DNA from: Octopus bimaculoides
Taxonomy: Eukaryota
Length of the DNA stretch: 64,000 bases
Reading direction: 5' to 3'
NCBI RefSeq assembly: GCF_001194135.2
Contig: NC_068982.1
Coordinates: forward strand, 113,013,321 to 113,077,320
Shown here in pieces: positions 1 to 14,180 of the stretch. Each line of letters starts with the position of its first letter. Positions within the stretch are counted from its first letter, which is position 1. The translations under genes and the position numbers were made by a program. Under the pieces are notes generated by a model. The model ran no database searches. It worked only from the letters and a program-made list of their open reading frames with translations, and had not been told where the DNA came from.

Positions 1-589
1 AATTAAACATAACATTTGATCACTTGTTTTCTTTATTCAAAATTCGGACAGAACTTATGGGATGACCTGATATATTATTTTGACGCTCGGTGAAGCGAGA
101 GACTCTTTGTTAATGTTTCGAGCGTGCCTCTTCGTCGGAAACAGGGTTGTCCAAAGAGAAAGAAGTAAAAATAAAGGAACACATTGCCAACAGTCCACAT
201 GCAGTTATTAACTCTTTTTTTTTTTTTGGACATATATATATGTTTTCGTTTTCTTCATTGTTTCTTTTGAGACCATTTTCCATGCTCGTTTTTCTGAAAC
301 CAAACCTACGTCTTTTTCCAAGTAAAGGATAACATACTCGCGCACTCATATGTATTTGTATGCGCATGCATAAAGGTATATATGAATATACGTATTTGTG
401 TGTGTGTATAGTATATGAACATATGTATACAGGGACATGTATGTATGTATGTATACACATACACACACACACACCTGCACACAGACAAACATACACACAC
501 ACGCCTCCCCCCATATGCATGTAAGTGCCAGGCTGAAGAAATAAGTACTGGATCAATTCGTTTGACATACACACACACACATATAAATA

Positions 590-672
<83 letters not shown>

Positions 673-2552
673 GCATGTATGTATATAAGCGTGGTGTATG
701 TGTTTGTATACGTTCACGCACGCTCTACGATCATAGCCAGCATGTATGTATGTATGTATGTATGTATGTATGCGTGCATCATCGACCAGTCGATCAGACT
801 AACCGTATGCTTCGATTGCTGCAATCTGCAATGTGACGGAAAGACGACTCAGTGCAAGAATTCGACAATATATATAAAATATTTTACTGTAAATTAAAGT
901 ACTACTTTAGCTATTGTGAACGATTTCTATTTTTTAGTCTTATTATAATTGGACTTTAAACTTAAAGTCACATTTGAAATTGATTAGCTTTCATAAAATT
1001 AATTAGTCACCATTTGAAATAGAAATTAGGTTTTGAAATATAAATGCACATATTTGGCATTGCTCCACATTTATTAAACGGCCAGAAAATCATAAGGATA
1101 TTTCATCGGCTTAGTTGAAGTTTGAAGTGAACACTTTTAAGTGAATATAATAGTGTCTCTAAAATACTGAAGTTTAGCAGATCTTTCTCATTTACTAACT
1201 AGAAAACATCCAAAATAAGAAGATTGTCAGTAAAAGTATAAGCATAGCAGAAATATTGTCTGTCAAATTGATATGACAGCAAGAATATTATTCACCGCAA
1301 AAAAAAAAGAAAGAAAAAGAAAAAAATCAATACATTCAACATAATCCATAGTATAAATTTAGTGTACCAGGTAATGGTGATTTTCATTGAGGAAATTGCG
1401 TGAAAATTGTCATTATAAGTATTTAAAATATATGTAGGTTTTCGTCTACAATACAAAGAAAAAATTACTTGTATATTTGGAATGGTATATGAAACACATA
1501 CTAAGTAAATTATAGATGATTTCATGTTTTAGAATATTTAGAGGTATTTTAGAACAGTTTGTTGCAGAAAGTTTATTTTTGGATAATAACGTGAATATTT
1601 TAATATTTATGTCTGCATATAGTTAGCGGTAATGAATTTTTATGTTGTACAGATACCTTTATGATAGACAATTGAAATTATTATATAACACAAATTGATG
1701 AGAAAAGTAGCTCTTAATAACGGCTATTAGCGTTATTAAAGCTATGAATATTCATAATATATGAATATTGGTTAACGTGAAAAGAAAAAAATAAGCAGGT
1801 TCATGGTATCATGAAGGATGTTGATTTTTCTAGGCAGAAAATAGTAGACTCTAACATCAAAACAATTTTTGCCTCACTGCCTTAATTACAAGATGCAACC
1901 AGAGATCCATTCAGCAAGCAGTGAGGCTGTGGAAAGAGAAGATATACAAGTTGTGTCTCTCACTCTCAATGGAGCATATATGAAAGGTTAATGAAACAAT
2001 TAAGTCGAAGATTATCAACCAGATGAAAAACATTGATTTTGTTTTAATACGTCAAACATCTAACATTAGGAAAAAAAATCAATTAGGACAAATCCATTGA
2101 TTTATGTCGCTTTTAGTGAAAATAGTTCTAAATATGAAGTATCGTGAAACAGTAGATTGACCATTATAGGAATAAAAACAAAAAAATGAAGAAATTAACG
2201 AAGAAGAAATAACGTGAGACACGTAATTAAAAACAAGTACATCGATAAATGAAATGAAGTTGTAATCATCTATAGCTTTCAATAGAATAAACTGCAATAA
2301 ATCGAGTAAATTGTAGGAAACTGATATAATTTTCTAAATTCAAAGAGACATTATTGAAATTAGATTTGAATTATTACAATCGCCCAAAAGTAGAGGGGAA
2401 ATATTCACGGGGCATTATCTGATACCAATAGAAAAATTCTATAAATTGAACAAATACGCATTAAGATCGATCTGCATCACTCTAACTTAACACCTAAAAG
2501 CGTGTATCTTTACGTCACATGAAGATAACAAAAATACTGCAAACCTACACAC

Positions 2553-2670
2553 ATGTATGTATATATGTGTACGTATGCATGTATGTATATATGTGTACGT
2601 ATGCATGTATGTATATATGTGTACGTATGCATGTATGTATATATGTGTACGCATGCATGTATGTATATAT
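2553..2670. repeat. 26-bp minisatellite (ATGTATGTATATATGTGTACGTATGC) x ~4 within a compound TA/TG microsatellite tract
   Basis: Near-identical 26-bp unit read directly four times in tandem. Confidence 0.85.
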
Positions 2671-2869
2671 GTATGAATGATTTCATACATCTATGCATGC
2701 ATGGGCACATAATTGCATGTACAAATGTATACGTGTACGTTTGTGTGTGAACATGTGCACATGAACACAATGATAAGTGGGACTGTATACGTGAATCTTA
2801 TTTACATGATGTATTTCATGAATGGTTTACATAGTTTTACAGTAATGTTAACAACCTCTTGCAATAATC

Positions 2870-4990
2870 TTCAGCTTAGACATGTTCTTTGTGGTTCAGT
2901 AAATTTCACCTTCTCCAGATTGGTCATGAGTCAATTGATCCCGTACCCATATGCTCCAAAAGAATCCTAAATTTATTGGCCGGATGAATTACCAGCAGAT
3001 TTCTCATCAGTTTGGTATAGATGCTCTCTTTTTCACTAACTTTTAATATTACGTTGATATATGCTGAGCAATTATTTCAGCTGCAGTTCATAATAGTCCC
3101 CGATCAGTATGTCAGTTTGTTTTCCTTACGTTTTATTTCAGTCTTAACAGGGGCATTCCAGTATTCTATCGAAACGTGAGCTTATTCCCATTGCATCACT
3201 GTAGTTTCTAGCCACGACATCATGTCCGACAGTATGGTGACGCCGCCTGTGTTCTTTCGGACGGCTAACTTATGACCTGGGTGACATGCTGAATGTCAAT
3301 TTCACAAAGCCAGCATTGGAAGTTGCATCAAGCAGATTTACCTGTATCCTCATAACTCTTGCGACTATAATCTGCACATGTGTGGCAAAAACCTATCCTA
3401 CAACGTGGAGTTAATGTTCTGGTTGTTAATCCAGGTTAGATGACACCAGTTGTCAATGTTGGTGGCCCTTTGAAGCCTTCTGGGAACATAGGTATGTATG
3501 ACATTTTTGCTAGTATGTATTCTATCTCTCTCGTAGTGACTTGTGGTAGAATTGTGAAGCTTCTCCGACTGAAAATAAGTGATCAGTCAGGCAATACTTT
3601 CCAAGAAGTTTGTTTCTTACTCTTTGGATGATATCCGCCTCAGGAATGCAGGCATCATTTATAAAATGAAGTGGATGTCGATGGTTATTATCTGTTGTCG
3701 AAAGGATATGATCCAATATTCAGAAACTGCTGTATCGATGTTAAGTCTCTATTGCAATGTGTTTGTTTAAATGAAGGTAGTGTACATCAGTGTCCTTGTG
3801 GAAGTTCCTGCAACACACTAATGATTGTAAGTTTTTAACATCAATAGGACGAATCTAATTTACTAACCAGTCAAGTAGCTTAAATGGTGATATAAACACT
3901 TGTACGACAAATACTTTTTGGGTTATCGACTGACTGCATGCAGAAAGTTCTGAAGACGATATTTTCTTTATCCTGGCTTTATATTCCCTGGTTACATGCT
4001 CCCTGCAACAAGTTCCATCATAGGAAATATTTTCCTATATTCGTAAGTAACTCTAGCATCCCTCATTAGATATGTGAGTAATAGTCAGACCATAGTTATG
4101 TTTTTAGATTGATTTCTACGAGCATTAATCTTTGAATCCAACAAGACCATTATCAGGTCTATCCACTGCCGCTACACATCTGAAGTCATGGTTGTTTTTA
4201 TCAATAGTTCTACAGCACATCCTAAACTTGTTTTCTTTCCAGCTGCTATTCTATTTCATCTGTGGTGATGTTATTACATTCACAGTGATTTTTGAGGAAC
4301 AGGTTCAAACAATCTAAGCACTTGTTATACTTGAAATTATAGCACACAATTGACCAGTGGTTTCTTGCTAGCTAGATGGCATTTTTTTTGAGAATCAGTT
4401 CTGTTACAGCCATCTTGAAGCAGCTTTGTATATTTGCCTCACTCTCAATATTTCTTCACTCTAGGGTGAGTGTCATTTGCTAGCAGGTATCATGCTTTCA
4501 CTAATTGATATAGAGGACTATGTGGTCCCTAACAGGCACAGCCAACATTTCGGACCAACGGAAGAAACAGCCAGGCTGTGATAAGGCTGTAGATTTAACC
4601 GTAGTAATCTTAAATGAAGATCCTTGCTTAAAGATACAAGTAGTCTATGATCGAATCCACATGTTATCGATCTCAAGCCCTCACCACTAGGCCAGGTGTC
4701 ATCATAAACAGTGTCGTCAACTTTGTTTTTCATCATTCTATGGTCAATAAATAGAGCGACTACCAAAATCTCGTGCGGCGTAATCTTCATTTACCTTTCA
4801 TATCCTAGATGTTTGGATTAGTTAAGAGAGAGTGCACCATGAACTTGTCTGTTTGCGACTCCATTGGCAAGTAAACACATGATAGAAAGCATGTTAAATG
4901 CCACCAAGTAATTCTGGAGTTTGAGTAAACACCGTAGCTTTTGTAATATATATTATCCAACACCATAGTATGTATAAATATTAAGCGATC
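2870..4990 (-). mobile_element. Decayed RTE-clade LINE fragment (APE endonuclease end through RT/C-terminal region)
   Basis: Minus-strand translations include 'SITCGFDHRLLVS' (RTE endonuclease end, cf. CGADCWTDHRL) and 'EADIIQRVRNKLLGKY..' (post-RT region). Many stops and frameshifts. Boundaries approximate. Confidence 0.6.
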
Positions 4991-5724
4991 ATGCATTCAA
5001 ATGTAATTTCAACACACACCGATAAGTTTCTTGCTTTGAACGATATTTTTTTAAAGGTAGAATACTGGCAATATGATATCAATGGTTTCATGCAAAATTG
5101 TATGCAATCATTCAATCGCAGTTTCAATGACGCCCACAACTTTGCCATATCTGTAGTGGAGAATTCAATACAAGATTTCATAAGAACCCACATATAGTAC
5201 AAAAAGAAAGGGATAAGGAATGAATGACAGGTAGCAGTCATTAAGAAACTGCGTATAGAATACTTTGTTTGTAATGTATATTGACTATATTGGTATTCGG
5301 GAAACTCTCTTGCATTAAAAGAGTTTAGGTAAGACGATCAGTATCTATTATCATAATTAATATATAATTCTAAATTTACGCAATGAATATGAGTCTGTAC
5401 TGGTTATCTATACTGAAATGCATATCGGTAGACCACTATGTACTTAGTAGGCAACATATTGCTGGTAGTAGGCTATACTGTACATGAATAATTGCATGTG
5501 GATAAATGATACATGTACGTGAGCACAACGTGTATATTACACCTATCTATCGAGATATTTCCTTTTATTTTGGTCATTCAACTCACCTGGCGTTGTACCA
5601 TAGTAAGGCTGTTATATATTGGCATAAAAGTACAATATATATAAAAGTATAGATATATTTATATGAGTGTGTACGTATGCATGCATGTAATTATATATAT
5701 ACATACATATATGCATATAGGTAT

Positions 5725-5735
5725 TCATCATCTCG

Positions 5736-5788
<53 letters not shown>

Positions 5789-5789
5789 T

Positions 5790-5834
<45 letters not shown>

Positions 5835-5852
5835 TTCATCATCATCATCACC
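5725..5852. repeat. (CAT)n microsatellite
   Basis: Direct reading. Confidence 0.95.
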
Positions 5853-6669
5853 ATCATTTAATGATGATGATGATGTATATATATCTATCTATATACATAT
5901 ATATAAATCGGTGTATGTGTGTATATGTATGTGTATGTATGTGTGTATATGTGTGCATACATATTCATAAATTTGTGTTTTAATTTGTGTGAATGGTGTA
6001 GCTTGCCCTATGAGTGGACTCTTCTATTTCCCAGTCGGCTATTATTCATGTGATGTAACTGAATAATGATTATATAATGCAATTGCTAGGTGGTCCCAAC
6101 GTTATTTCAATACGGTGGATGGATATTTATGCATAGTGCATATGGTGTATTATGTTACAGGAGAGAGGGTCTGTGTGTGTGTATGTGTGTGTGTGTGCGT
6201 GCCTGTGTGTGTTTGTGTGTGCGTGCGTATGTGCCTGTGTGTAATGAATGGGAACGGGTTGGGGCAGATATTTTATAAGTTCGCGACCATTTCCACTTTT
6301 TGCCCGCTGTTGATATGAATTATATAAATTCACAAAATATTCACTTTCGCAGATATTAATATACATTCAATTTGCTTTCATATTATATTCAAGGAGCTGC
6401 ACAAATTGCAAGGTACAACATAGAAAATACGAAGCACAAAGTGATTTTCTTCATTCTCATTCTAGCGCAGTGGTGGTAAAAAGCGGCATTTTGCATGGCT
6501 GTGTAATTATGTTAATACATTTGGATGTTGTCCTATAAGTGTCATGAGATCATTCTATAGCCCAGAGTAACGATTCCCTTAGTCCTTTATCCAGCTCCTT
6601 TGTTTCGCATCATGTGTATTCTCATAAAAATGTCCTTCTTAACAATTATGGGAGAGGAAACATTAGTAC

Positions 6670-6677
6670 TACTAAAG

Positions 6678-6772
<95 letters not shown>
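6670..6772. repeat. (ACT)n microsatellite
   Basis: Direct reading. Confidence 0.95.
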
Positions 6773-6989
6773 GTTGCTGCTGCTTTAGCTCATATCACTA
6801 CTACTGCTACTCCCGCTTCCAATACAACTACGTCTTCTACCACTTCCACCAATAAATACGACATGAATTGCTTCAGCTGCTACTGATTGTACTATTGAGG
6901 CTGTTACAGTCACTACAGCTATTACCACTATCATTGCTGCTGCTACTACTATTACCTCAACCTATGACCTATCCCACCACTACGAACTA

Positions 6990-7310
6990 CTCCAATTTTC
7001 CTGTTCCGTGTCGGGGCCCCTCATCAGGGATGTCATTCCATTGAATGTTGTCAGCTACCAGCCTAATCTCAGCTGATTGTCAGGTTTATAGTCGACAGGT
7101 TTATAGTCGAGCCTGTGGCAGCTGAAACTTCCAGCTTTCTTGGTCCCCAGTCCATATCCCTGTTCACCGCTATCGCGGAGGAGAATGTTGTCTCCAAGTA
7201 CAAGCCCTGTGAGTTAAAGCGGCAGTTCAAACGCATCCCTATTGCTATCCTTTGGGGCAACGCGTTTTCCATTTTGTCTGTTGATGCCATGATTAATGTC
7301 ATTTAATGAT
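6990..7310 (+). mobile_element. 3' end of a CRE-like (restriction-like endonuclease) non-LTR retrotransposon, decayed
   Basis: Translation '..DRFIVEPVAAETSSFLGPQSISLF...QFKRIPIAILWGNAFSILS' matches the CRE-type RLE C-terminus (F.P.AVET.G..G..., QR.SIA..RGNA.SIL). A (TATC)n run follows. Confidence 0.65.
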
Positions 7311-7477
7311 TTTATCAAAGTGTTTAATGACATCTATCTATCTATCTATCTATCTAATACAATTTGATAAAATATGCATCACGCATTCCTTCATATCAAC
7401 ATTGATTCAAAGGATCAATAAACTGCCACTGCTAAAACTGTTGCTACCACTGTTATAGGTCAGCAACTAACAGGAGA

Positions 7478-7680
7478 CAAAGTTTTGATACAAGGCCAGC
7501 AATTTCTGAGGAGGGGGCAATCATTTACATCAAACCCTGTACACAATCGATAGGTATTTTATCCATTCCAAAAGGCAAAGTCAACCTCGGTGGAATTTGA
7601 ACACAGAACATGATGACGAACAAAGTCCGTTAAACATTTTGTCCTGCATGTTAACAATTCTGCTAGTTTGCCGCCTTAAG
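7478..7680 (-). mobile_element. tRNA-derived SINE, second family, diverged
   Basis: Reverse complement starts TTAAGGCGGC..AGCAGAAT.GTTA, has a B-box-like GTTCAAATTCCACCGAGGTTGACTTTGCC and a downstream GATAAAATACC core. Confidence 0.65.
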
Positions 7681-7895
7681 GAGACGAACAGAATTAGTTG
7701 AATTTTATATGAAAAACATACGAACTTTCAATATAATATAGTTGATTTTCTTTTAAATTAAAGCATGACTAAATATTTTTACATCGTACAAATCAGTAGC
7801 ATTTTCAATGAGAATATAAATATTATTCTGTTCTTCATCATAAAATTTTGAAAGAACTTTACTTTTTCTCATATATGTGTATGTGTGTGTGAGTG

Positions 7896-7974
<79 letters not shown>

Positions 7975-8957
7975 GCATACACACACACATTAAACCTGTT
8001 AACTATTCAGCGGAGTTCATGTTTGCAAAGCCTTTTCTCCCACCAGTTTAGATATATCTATATGTAAATCCTTACTAAACTTAATATTTTTTTTCTTTCT
8101 TATCGATAAAATAAAAATTTTCCTCGAAAACAAATGTTAATCTGATTGTTTGTCACTCCTATAGATATTCAATTTTATTTTCATTGCTGCTGTGATTTTT
8201 ATATTAACGAGTGTCTTAATATCCCTCTGCAGTATTTGTGTTTCTCTTATAATTTGAAGATAATTTTTTTCATAACTGACTTTGAAAAAATACTAATAAG
8301 CCTCGGGTTAAATGTGTATTCCACTTAGATTCATTCCATATGTAAGACCTAAAGTCTTATTGCATGATTCTGACAACTTTAATATAGATTTTAAAATAAT
8401 TAAATATTTCATGTATTTAATTTCGTTAATGTCTACCAATAATTAAATTTTCTACAGTTTATTGAGAGCATTTTAAATCTTCCATAATCAAGCGGTACAG
8501 ACGATACAGTTGCTTAGGTTTGTTCTGAATTCAAATCACAGTTGATATATAATATCAATCGTATACATACGATACACTATATATACCATATATACAGGGG
8601 TCAATTCCACTGCAGCTACAACCTAGTGATTAAGAAGTTCCCTGTGCACTTACTGAACTATGAATGCGTGAATCGTTGAGAAGTGTTTTGCCTGAAAGAA
8701 TGGAGAACGCCCAAGACTTGTGGAAGAAATTTATGAGAATGAAGCTTATCGAATGGACTGTAATTATAATTTGGAATGGTGGCTTTGTCACACAAAGAAT
8801 AAGACTGATCGTCCATGAGAATTTCGTTCAAAGTATAAGCAGTTGTGGAATACTCAACCACTTATCAAATGTTCATTAGCTTGTGTAATATGTAAACGCC
8901 TAATTATTTCTGTGACGCTACACGAGGTAGAAGTAAGGTGTCTGTACCGCTTCGAGT

Positions 8958-9001
<44 letters not shown>

Positions 9002-9789
9002 ATATTAATATAAACAGCTCGGCACAATGAAATACCATGAGAGAAAAATTTAATCGTCACTAAGTGTTAGAACGCCGAAACACCTACATTGCTAGAAATA
9101 AAAGTTTAAAAGAAATTCTTAATCTTGTAAGAAGAGCGCAATATACGTACACTGACAGGAGAGGTAACTGCCCCATAACCGCCTCTAGAATCACCAGATT
9201 AGGCTTAATTCGCCTATTCGGTAGGCAACGTCAACAGTGACTGCTCGAACTTTTTATATTAATTTGTAGTGTATGCATTAGGATTTCGCTAAATCAGCCA
9301 TAAATGTTTATGGTAAAAATATATATACTGTCAGACGGAATTAGCCAAAGCGTTGACCATAATACCGGTTACTGACATGTTTATCCTTGGCTCTTGAACA
9401 CACCCATCAAAAGCAGAGGTATCGTTGTTTTCATACGAACAGTTCTGCAATGAAATTAAATGTGAATCGCAGATTCTAATGGGCGACGTCCAGTGAGAAA
9501 AAAAAAAATCTGCGGTGCGTTTAAAGCTTTGAAATCGCACTGTTATCACTATGTACCATCCCAAGGGAGAATATATTATGCATCCTTGGAAATATTTTAT
9601 TTATTTATCATTCTGTCAGTCGCTGTTAAACGAAACTTAGTTACTCAGTAAACACGCAATATATAGCAGTTAGTGATTTCAGGGCCGGAGGGATAAACAG
9701 ACTAGGAACGGACGAATATATATGAAACGAGAATAACAACTGTCTTAGACAGATAGGGTTGAATAGACACGCTAAATACAAAATTGCCT

Positions 9790-11100
9790 TTGGTCACTTT
9801 AAAATAGCAAGGCCTTGTATTACTCTCAAATAGTGCACCCTGAGGTTAGCTCCTATAGTCTGCAAACACTTTAATATTGTCCTCTCTCTAAACAGGGATA
9901 CTTAGCGAATTTTTTTCTAAACTGCAGGACACTTCTGACACTTACAATTATTGGCCTGTCTTACTCCATGTATCTGAGATGAAACGGATGTCAAAGTTAG
10001 CAAAGATATTCGTCAACATTTGGACTCTCCTCACGCTTCTTACTCGCAATGCTTGCAGTTTTAAACCTAGTTTCATAACAGATCTACTATGTTATATCGC
10101 TCTTGGTAGACTCTCATCGTAGACAAATTTAGTGAAGAATATCATAGCTCTCGACATAAGCAAATATTTCAACGATTGTCAAGAAAGTAAACCTCTTGAG
10201 AAAAACACCCGTCAACGGAATCTCTTCGTCAGTCAACTCTTGCATTGGTAGTTTCCTGTCCTGTGAAAAAGGAACTCTACTGACCTGAGCTAACATAGCA
10301 CTCTCTGATCAACAATCGATCAGTAGAGGTAGGTAGTTAGGTTCTGTCCTCTACGCTCTTTCTAATACTTATCATGGTGATACTTGGAGTCACATACAAC
10401 AATATCCACTCTTACACTGTTGGTACCACACTTCAATCATCCTTAAACTTCTATACCCAAGCTAATTAGGTACCTCATAACAAATCTGCACGGAATCAAT
10501 GAACAAGATATATACAAAATAAGCTCTAAATGGAACATACCAAATTTGTTTCTTTCGACCGCAAAACTCTAATCACTGCACATATCAAAAGAACATAATC
10601 CCAGTTTACCCTCTTCCTTAAAAGTCAGTAGTACACAATCTTGGTCCTTCGCGATTGTTCCACATGGTGGATCTCATTATCATTGATGATTTCAACTCAC
10701 GTCATTAAAATAGATATGATCGCAACTTTCAAACTAGCCTTTGATACAGACTTCATCCTACCACACTAAACGTTGGGTAAGAGTCTTCAATCATAACCTC
10801 GAGTTGACACTATCCTTGTAAATAGATGGGGAGTGTGTGAAAGCATCGGACTGACAATATTTCTTTGACAGATTTCCCTACTGTTCTTGAGTGCATTTAA
10901 AACACTTAAGTACATTTAAATCGCCTGAGTACCATTAATGCATATATTCACATAAATTTCTCAGTTTGAAATAGTTGGTATTTTGATACAGCATCGTTCT
11001 TTAACAGCAACGAACTAGTCGTGCCTGCATTTTTGCCTGCATTCTCTCGCCAGTCTTTCAGGCGCTGCAAAAATGTCATCTGCGTTGTTCTTCCAATGTC
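9790..11100 (+). mobile_element. Decayed LINE endonuclease (APE) region
   Basis: 'LIIIDDFNSRH' at ~10673-10705 resembles the APE GDFN.H motif. Surrounding sequence is degenerate and C-rich; boundaries approximate. Confidence 0.4.
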
Positions 11101-11689
11101 TAAATTACGAACAAAAATATTTTATTGTGCAGACTATCCCTATATAGAATTTTAATTTCAAGATTTTAATTCATCCTATATATATATATATATATATATA
11201 TAAATGTGTATGCGTTTTTGTGTATGCTTGTGTGTGTATATGTGTGTGTCTGTGTATGTACATACATACAGGGCACTAACGACCTTTTCTTCTGTGTTGC
11301 GTTATTACCAAAATGTCATTGAAATCAAAATGTCATTGAGTAAAGTTTTAAAAAATATTTCAACACTTTAAAAATATAGATAATATTATTACAATTCAAA
11401 AAAGGAGAAAAATGTTTTATAGTAAAAGAACATAAAGAGCACGATAACTATTAAGGGAAATTGTAAATTTTATACTCAGATATTTGCTGCTTCAGAAAAC
11501 TTCTAACTGTAATTATATACCAAATGTCTGCATATGTCCGCGCACGTTTATCTATGGATTTTATCTTGTTCGTGAAAGAATTTACTTACACTCAATGTTT
11601 ATAATTCATTTGTCAATATCAGGATGATAAGTGGTAAAATAATTGAGTGAGTGCATTGTAAATTTATTGAGATTTGACGCGTCTGATCA

Positions 11690-12850
11690 GAAAGGCTTTT
11701 CCTATCTTGTTAAATAAATGTAGGTGAATGGTTTAATGTAGTATTGTACAAGATGAGATTCAGACAACGAGTTCCACAGACCCTCCGAGACCACATTGAA
11801 AGACAGTTGTCCTAGACTAACTGAATCGTGATGGCTTCCGAGTAAGACATAAGCAAGGAAGATTTGCTCCGTTTCTCTGCTCCATAGAAAAAGCATTCTA
11901 TGAATGAAGAACTTGAAATATTTTGTGAAACCAGGAGTGGGTTTGCATAAACTTTAGATGACGAGAAAACAAAGACGCGTGTGGATTCAACCAGCTTTAA
12001 AAACCAGAGTTTTAGCAGAGTGAAGAGAGAGCACGTCTGTGGGCTAAAGATTGCAGTGTAAAATAAGACCTAAAGCGTTGACTCTCACACTTGATTCAGC
12101 TTTATAATTTTCCTTGCCTGGTTTAAACATAGCAAAAGAACCTCCTGGCTTAACTTGGTTAATCGGGAAGATAAAGATGTCTTCCTAACGGAAGTGAGGC
12201 TTATAAAGATTGGCTTGGAAACATGTTTTTCTTTTGCGCACGAAAAGTTACAACAGAAAGTGTTAAAATATCAACTGCTAATTCATGGGAGGACTTTGGG
12301 GTTAAAGTTGGATTCTAACCAATAAGAATTCTAGCGAACCATCTTTCGGCTTCGTAACAAGAATCCCTCTTCTAAAGCGACATTAAGGAGGCACCTGATA
12401 TTCTTCTCTCTTCAGACAAGAGCATCCCTAAGAGGTTGATAGAGAATACTTTGGATGTCTGTTATGAAAATAAAATCTTCTGGTGAACCCGAAGTGCATC
12501 TAAGGGTAAAGAAAATCATAACAGTAATTAAATCGCCCAAATGGGGAAAAGTCGCTGGGAAATATGACATTCAAGTATTCTCTGGATGAATCATGAATGT
12601 TAGATGCTTTGGACATTTAAAACAACACCAAAGCAATGGTGATTCCATGTGGGAGTCCCAATATTTAAAAGAAGAGAGACACGAGAGTTTGCTTTAACTA
12701 TAGTAGGTTATCACTGTTATGAAGCTGGACAGTAGAAGACAACATTAAGAGTACACGAATCTATGGAGCACTCAACCAGTTGCAAGTTAATTTTACGAAT
12801 AAGAATTCAGGTGGTTGAACATCTGAATATCGTGGAAACTGTCGAAGAAC
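11690..12850 (+). mobile_element. Decayed RTE-like LINE RT/3' region
   Basis: Degenerate 'DFGVKVGF..' (RT QG region) at ~12295 and 'VRCFGHL' (cf. RLRWFGHV) at ~12600. Confidence 0.4.
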
Positions 12851-14109
12851 CCAACATTTCTACATTGTATCTATTCTACTGCTAAACTTCTACACGCCTC
12901 TTATAACGTATTCTTATAATGTACTACTGATTTGCAGAATTTTACCAGTAGAATATAGAGAGAGTAGAAATGGTGGTTTCTTCGTCAGTCTCCACGATGA
13001 TCATTCATATTTTCAACCAAGAATTAATGTTTAACTGGTCGAGTATTTCACACATTCGTGGACTCGTAACATTAAACATGCTGTTTTCTATTCCACTCAG
13101 AACAACATATCTCTCCCGTATCTATTCCTTTTTTTCCCATCACCTCTAATACGTATCCCCATGTTCCACACAATGCAGACGTCGCCTAATCGATTATTAA
13201 AACTACTACCACCAACGCTTGTCTTCCCAGACACAGGATTTTGAAGACACCAACGTCATGATATCGAAACTGAGCATTTACCATTTTAAATTCAGCAGTG
13301 AAGGTGCGTCTACCGATTCATGGGCACTGTACCTCCTTTTATATGACTAGCTTTAAAAATGTAAATCTCGAAAGTGAGTGGATGCAATTGTATTACGTGT
13401 TTTCAAAGAAGTAGTTTGGATAGTTAAGGTGATGGCGAGATTGAGGATTAAAATATTACTGCTGATGGTAGTGGTGTAGGTGTAGGTGTTGGTGTTGGTG
13501 TTGGTGGTAGTGGAATAGTAGTGGCAAAAAGGATGGAATGATGATGATAATAATTATAAAACTGAGGTGTGAATAAGCGAAGTTTTATATCCATGGCAAT
13601 GTTGTTGTTTGTTGTGTGTGATTACTATAATATTAATAGCAATGCCCACGCTACACTGACCATGGGAATGGGAGGAACGCTATATTTCTCGTAGTAAAAT
13701 TATTCTAATAATATTTATGTTAATGAATTCTTCCTTAATGAAATTCGTTTCTGGCACTCAGAACCAAGTTTTTATCGATCTGTTGGTCTGCTTTAATCGA
13801 TTTTTCAGTTGTTCAAATCTTATAATTTTTGTTTATCCAATTTCTTCGTTTTCTTTATCACATCAGTTACTTTCGTGAAAATATTTGTTTTCCTCTTTTT
13901 AATCCATTAAATTTTACATTTGCTATATAGCATCCACGTTTTCAAGTTTTCGATGTTTCTTTCTGTTTTACTGTTTTTTTCTTTGTTTTACTGTTTTCAT
14001 TTGTTTTATTTGAAATGAGTTCAGTGTTTTCTATGTTGTCAGAATAATTTAAATCATACAGTTATTCTCTTTGCTTCTCTTCTTCACAACCTTCAGATTC
14101 TCCTCAAAT

Positions 14110-14180
14110 TATTGTTGTTGTTGTTGTTGTTGTTGTTGCTGTTGTTGTTGCCGCTGATGTTGTCGTCGTTGTTGTTGTCA
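14110..14180. repeat. (GTT)n microsatellite
   Basis: Direct reading. Confidence 0.9.

Noticed and set aside
103-158. Pre-miRNA-sized hairpin CTCTTTG...CAAAGAG
   Set aside because: Large asymmetric internal loops leave only two short helices, and it matches no miRNA I know.
110-897. Long ORFs 110-721, 415-897 and similar YI/HT/CV-rich ORFs throughout the window
   Set aside because: They are translations of (TA)n, (CA)n and (TATG)n microsatellites, not genes.
7010-7030. Minus-strand CTGATGAGGGGCCCCGACAC as a hammerhead
   Set aside because: No stem II loop, GACA instead of GAAA, no stem I or III, and it lies within CRE-like coding remnant.
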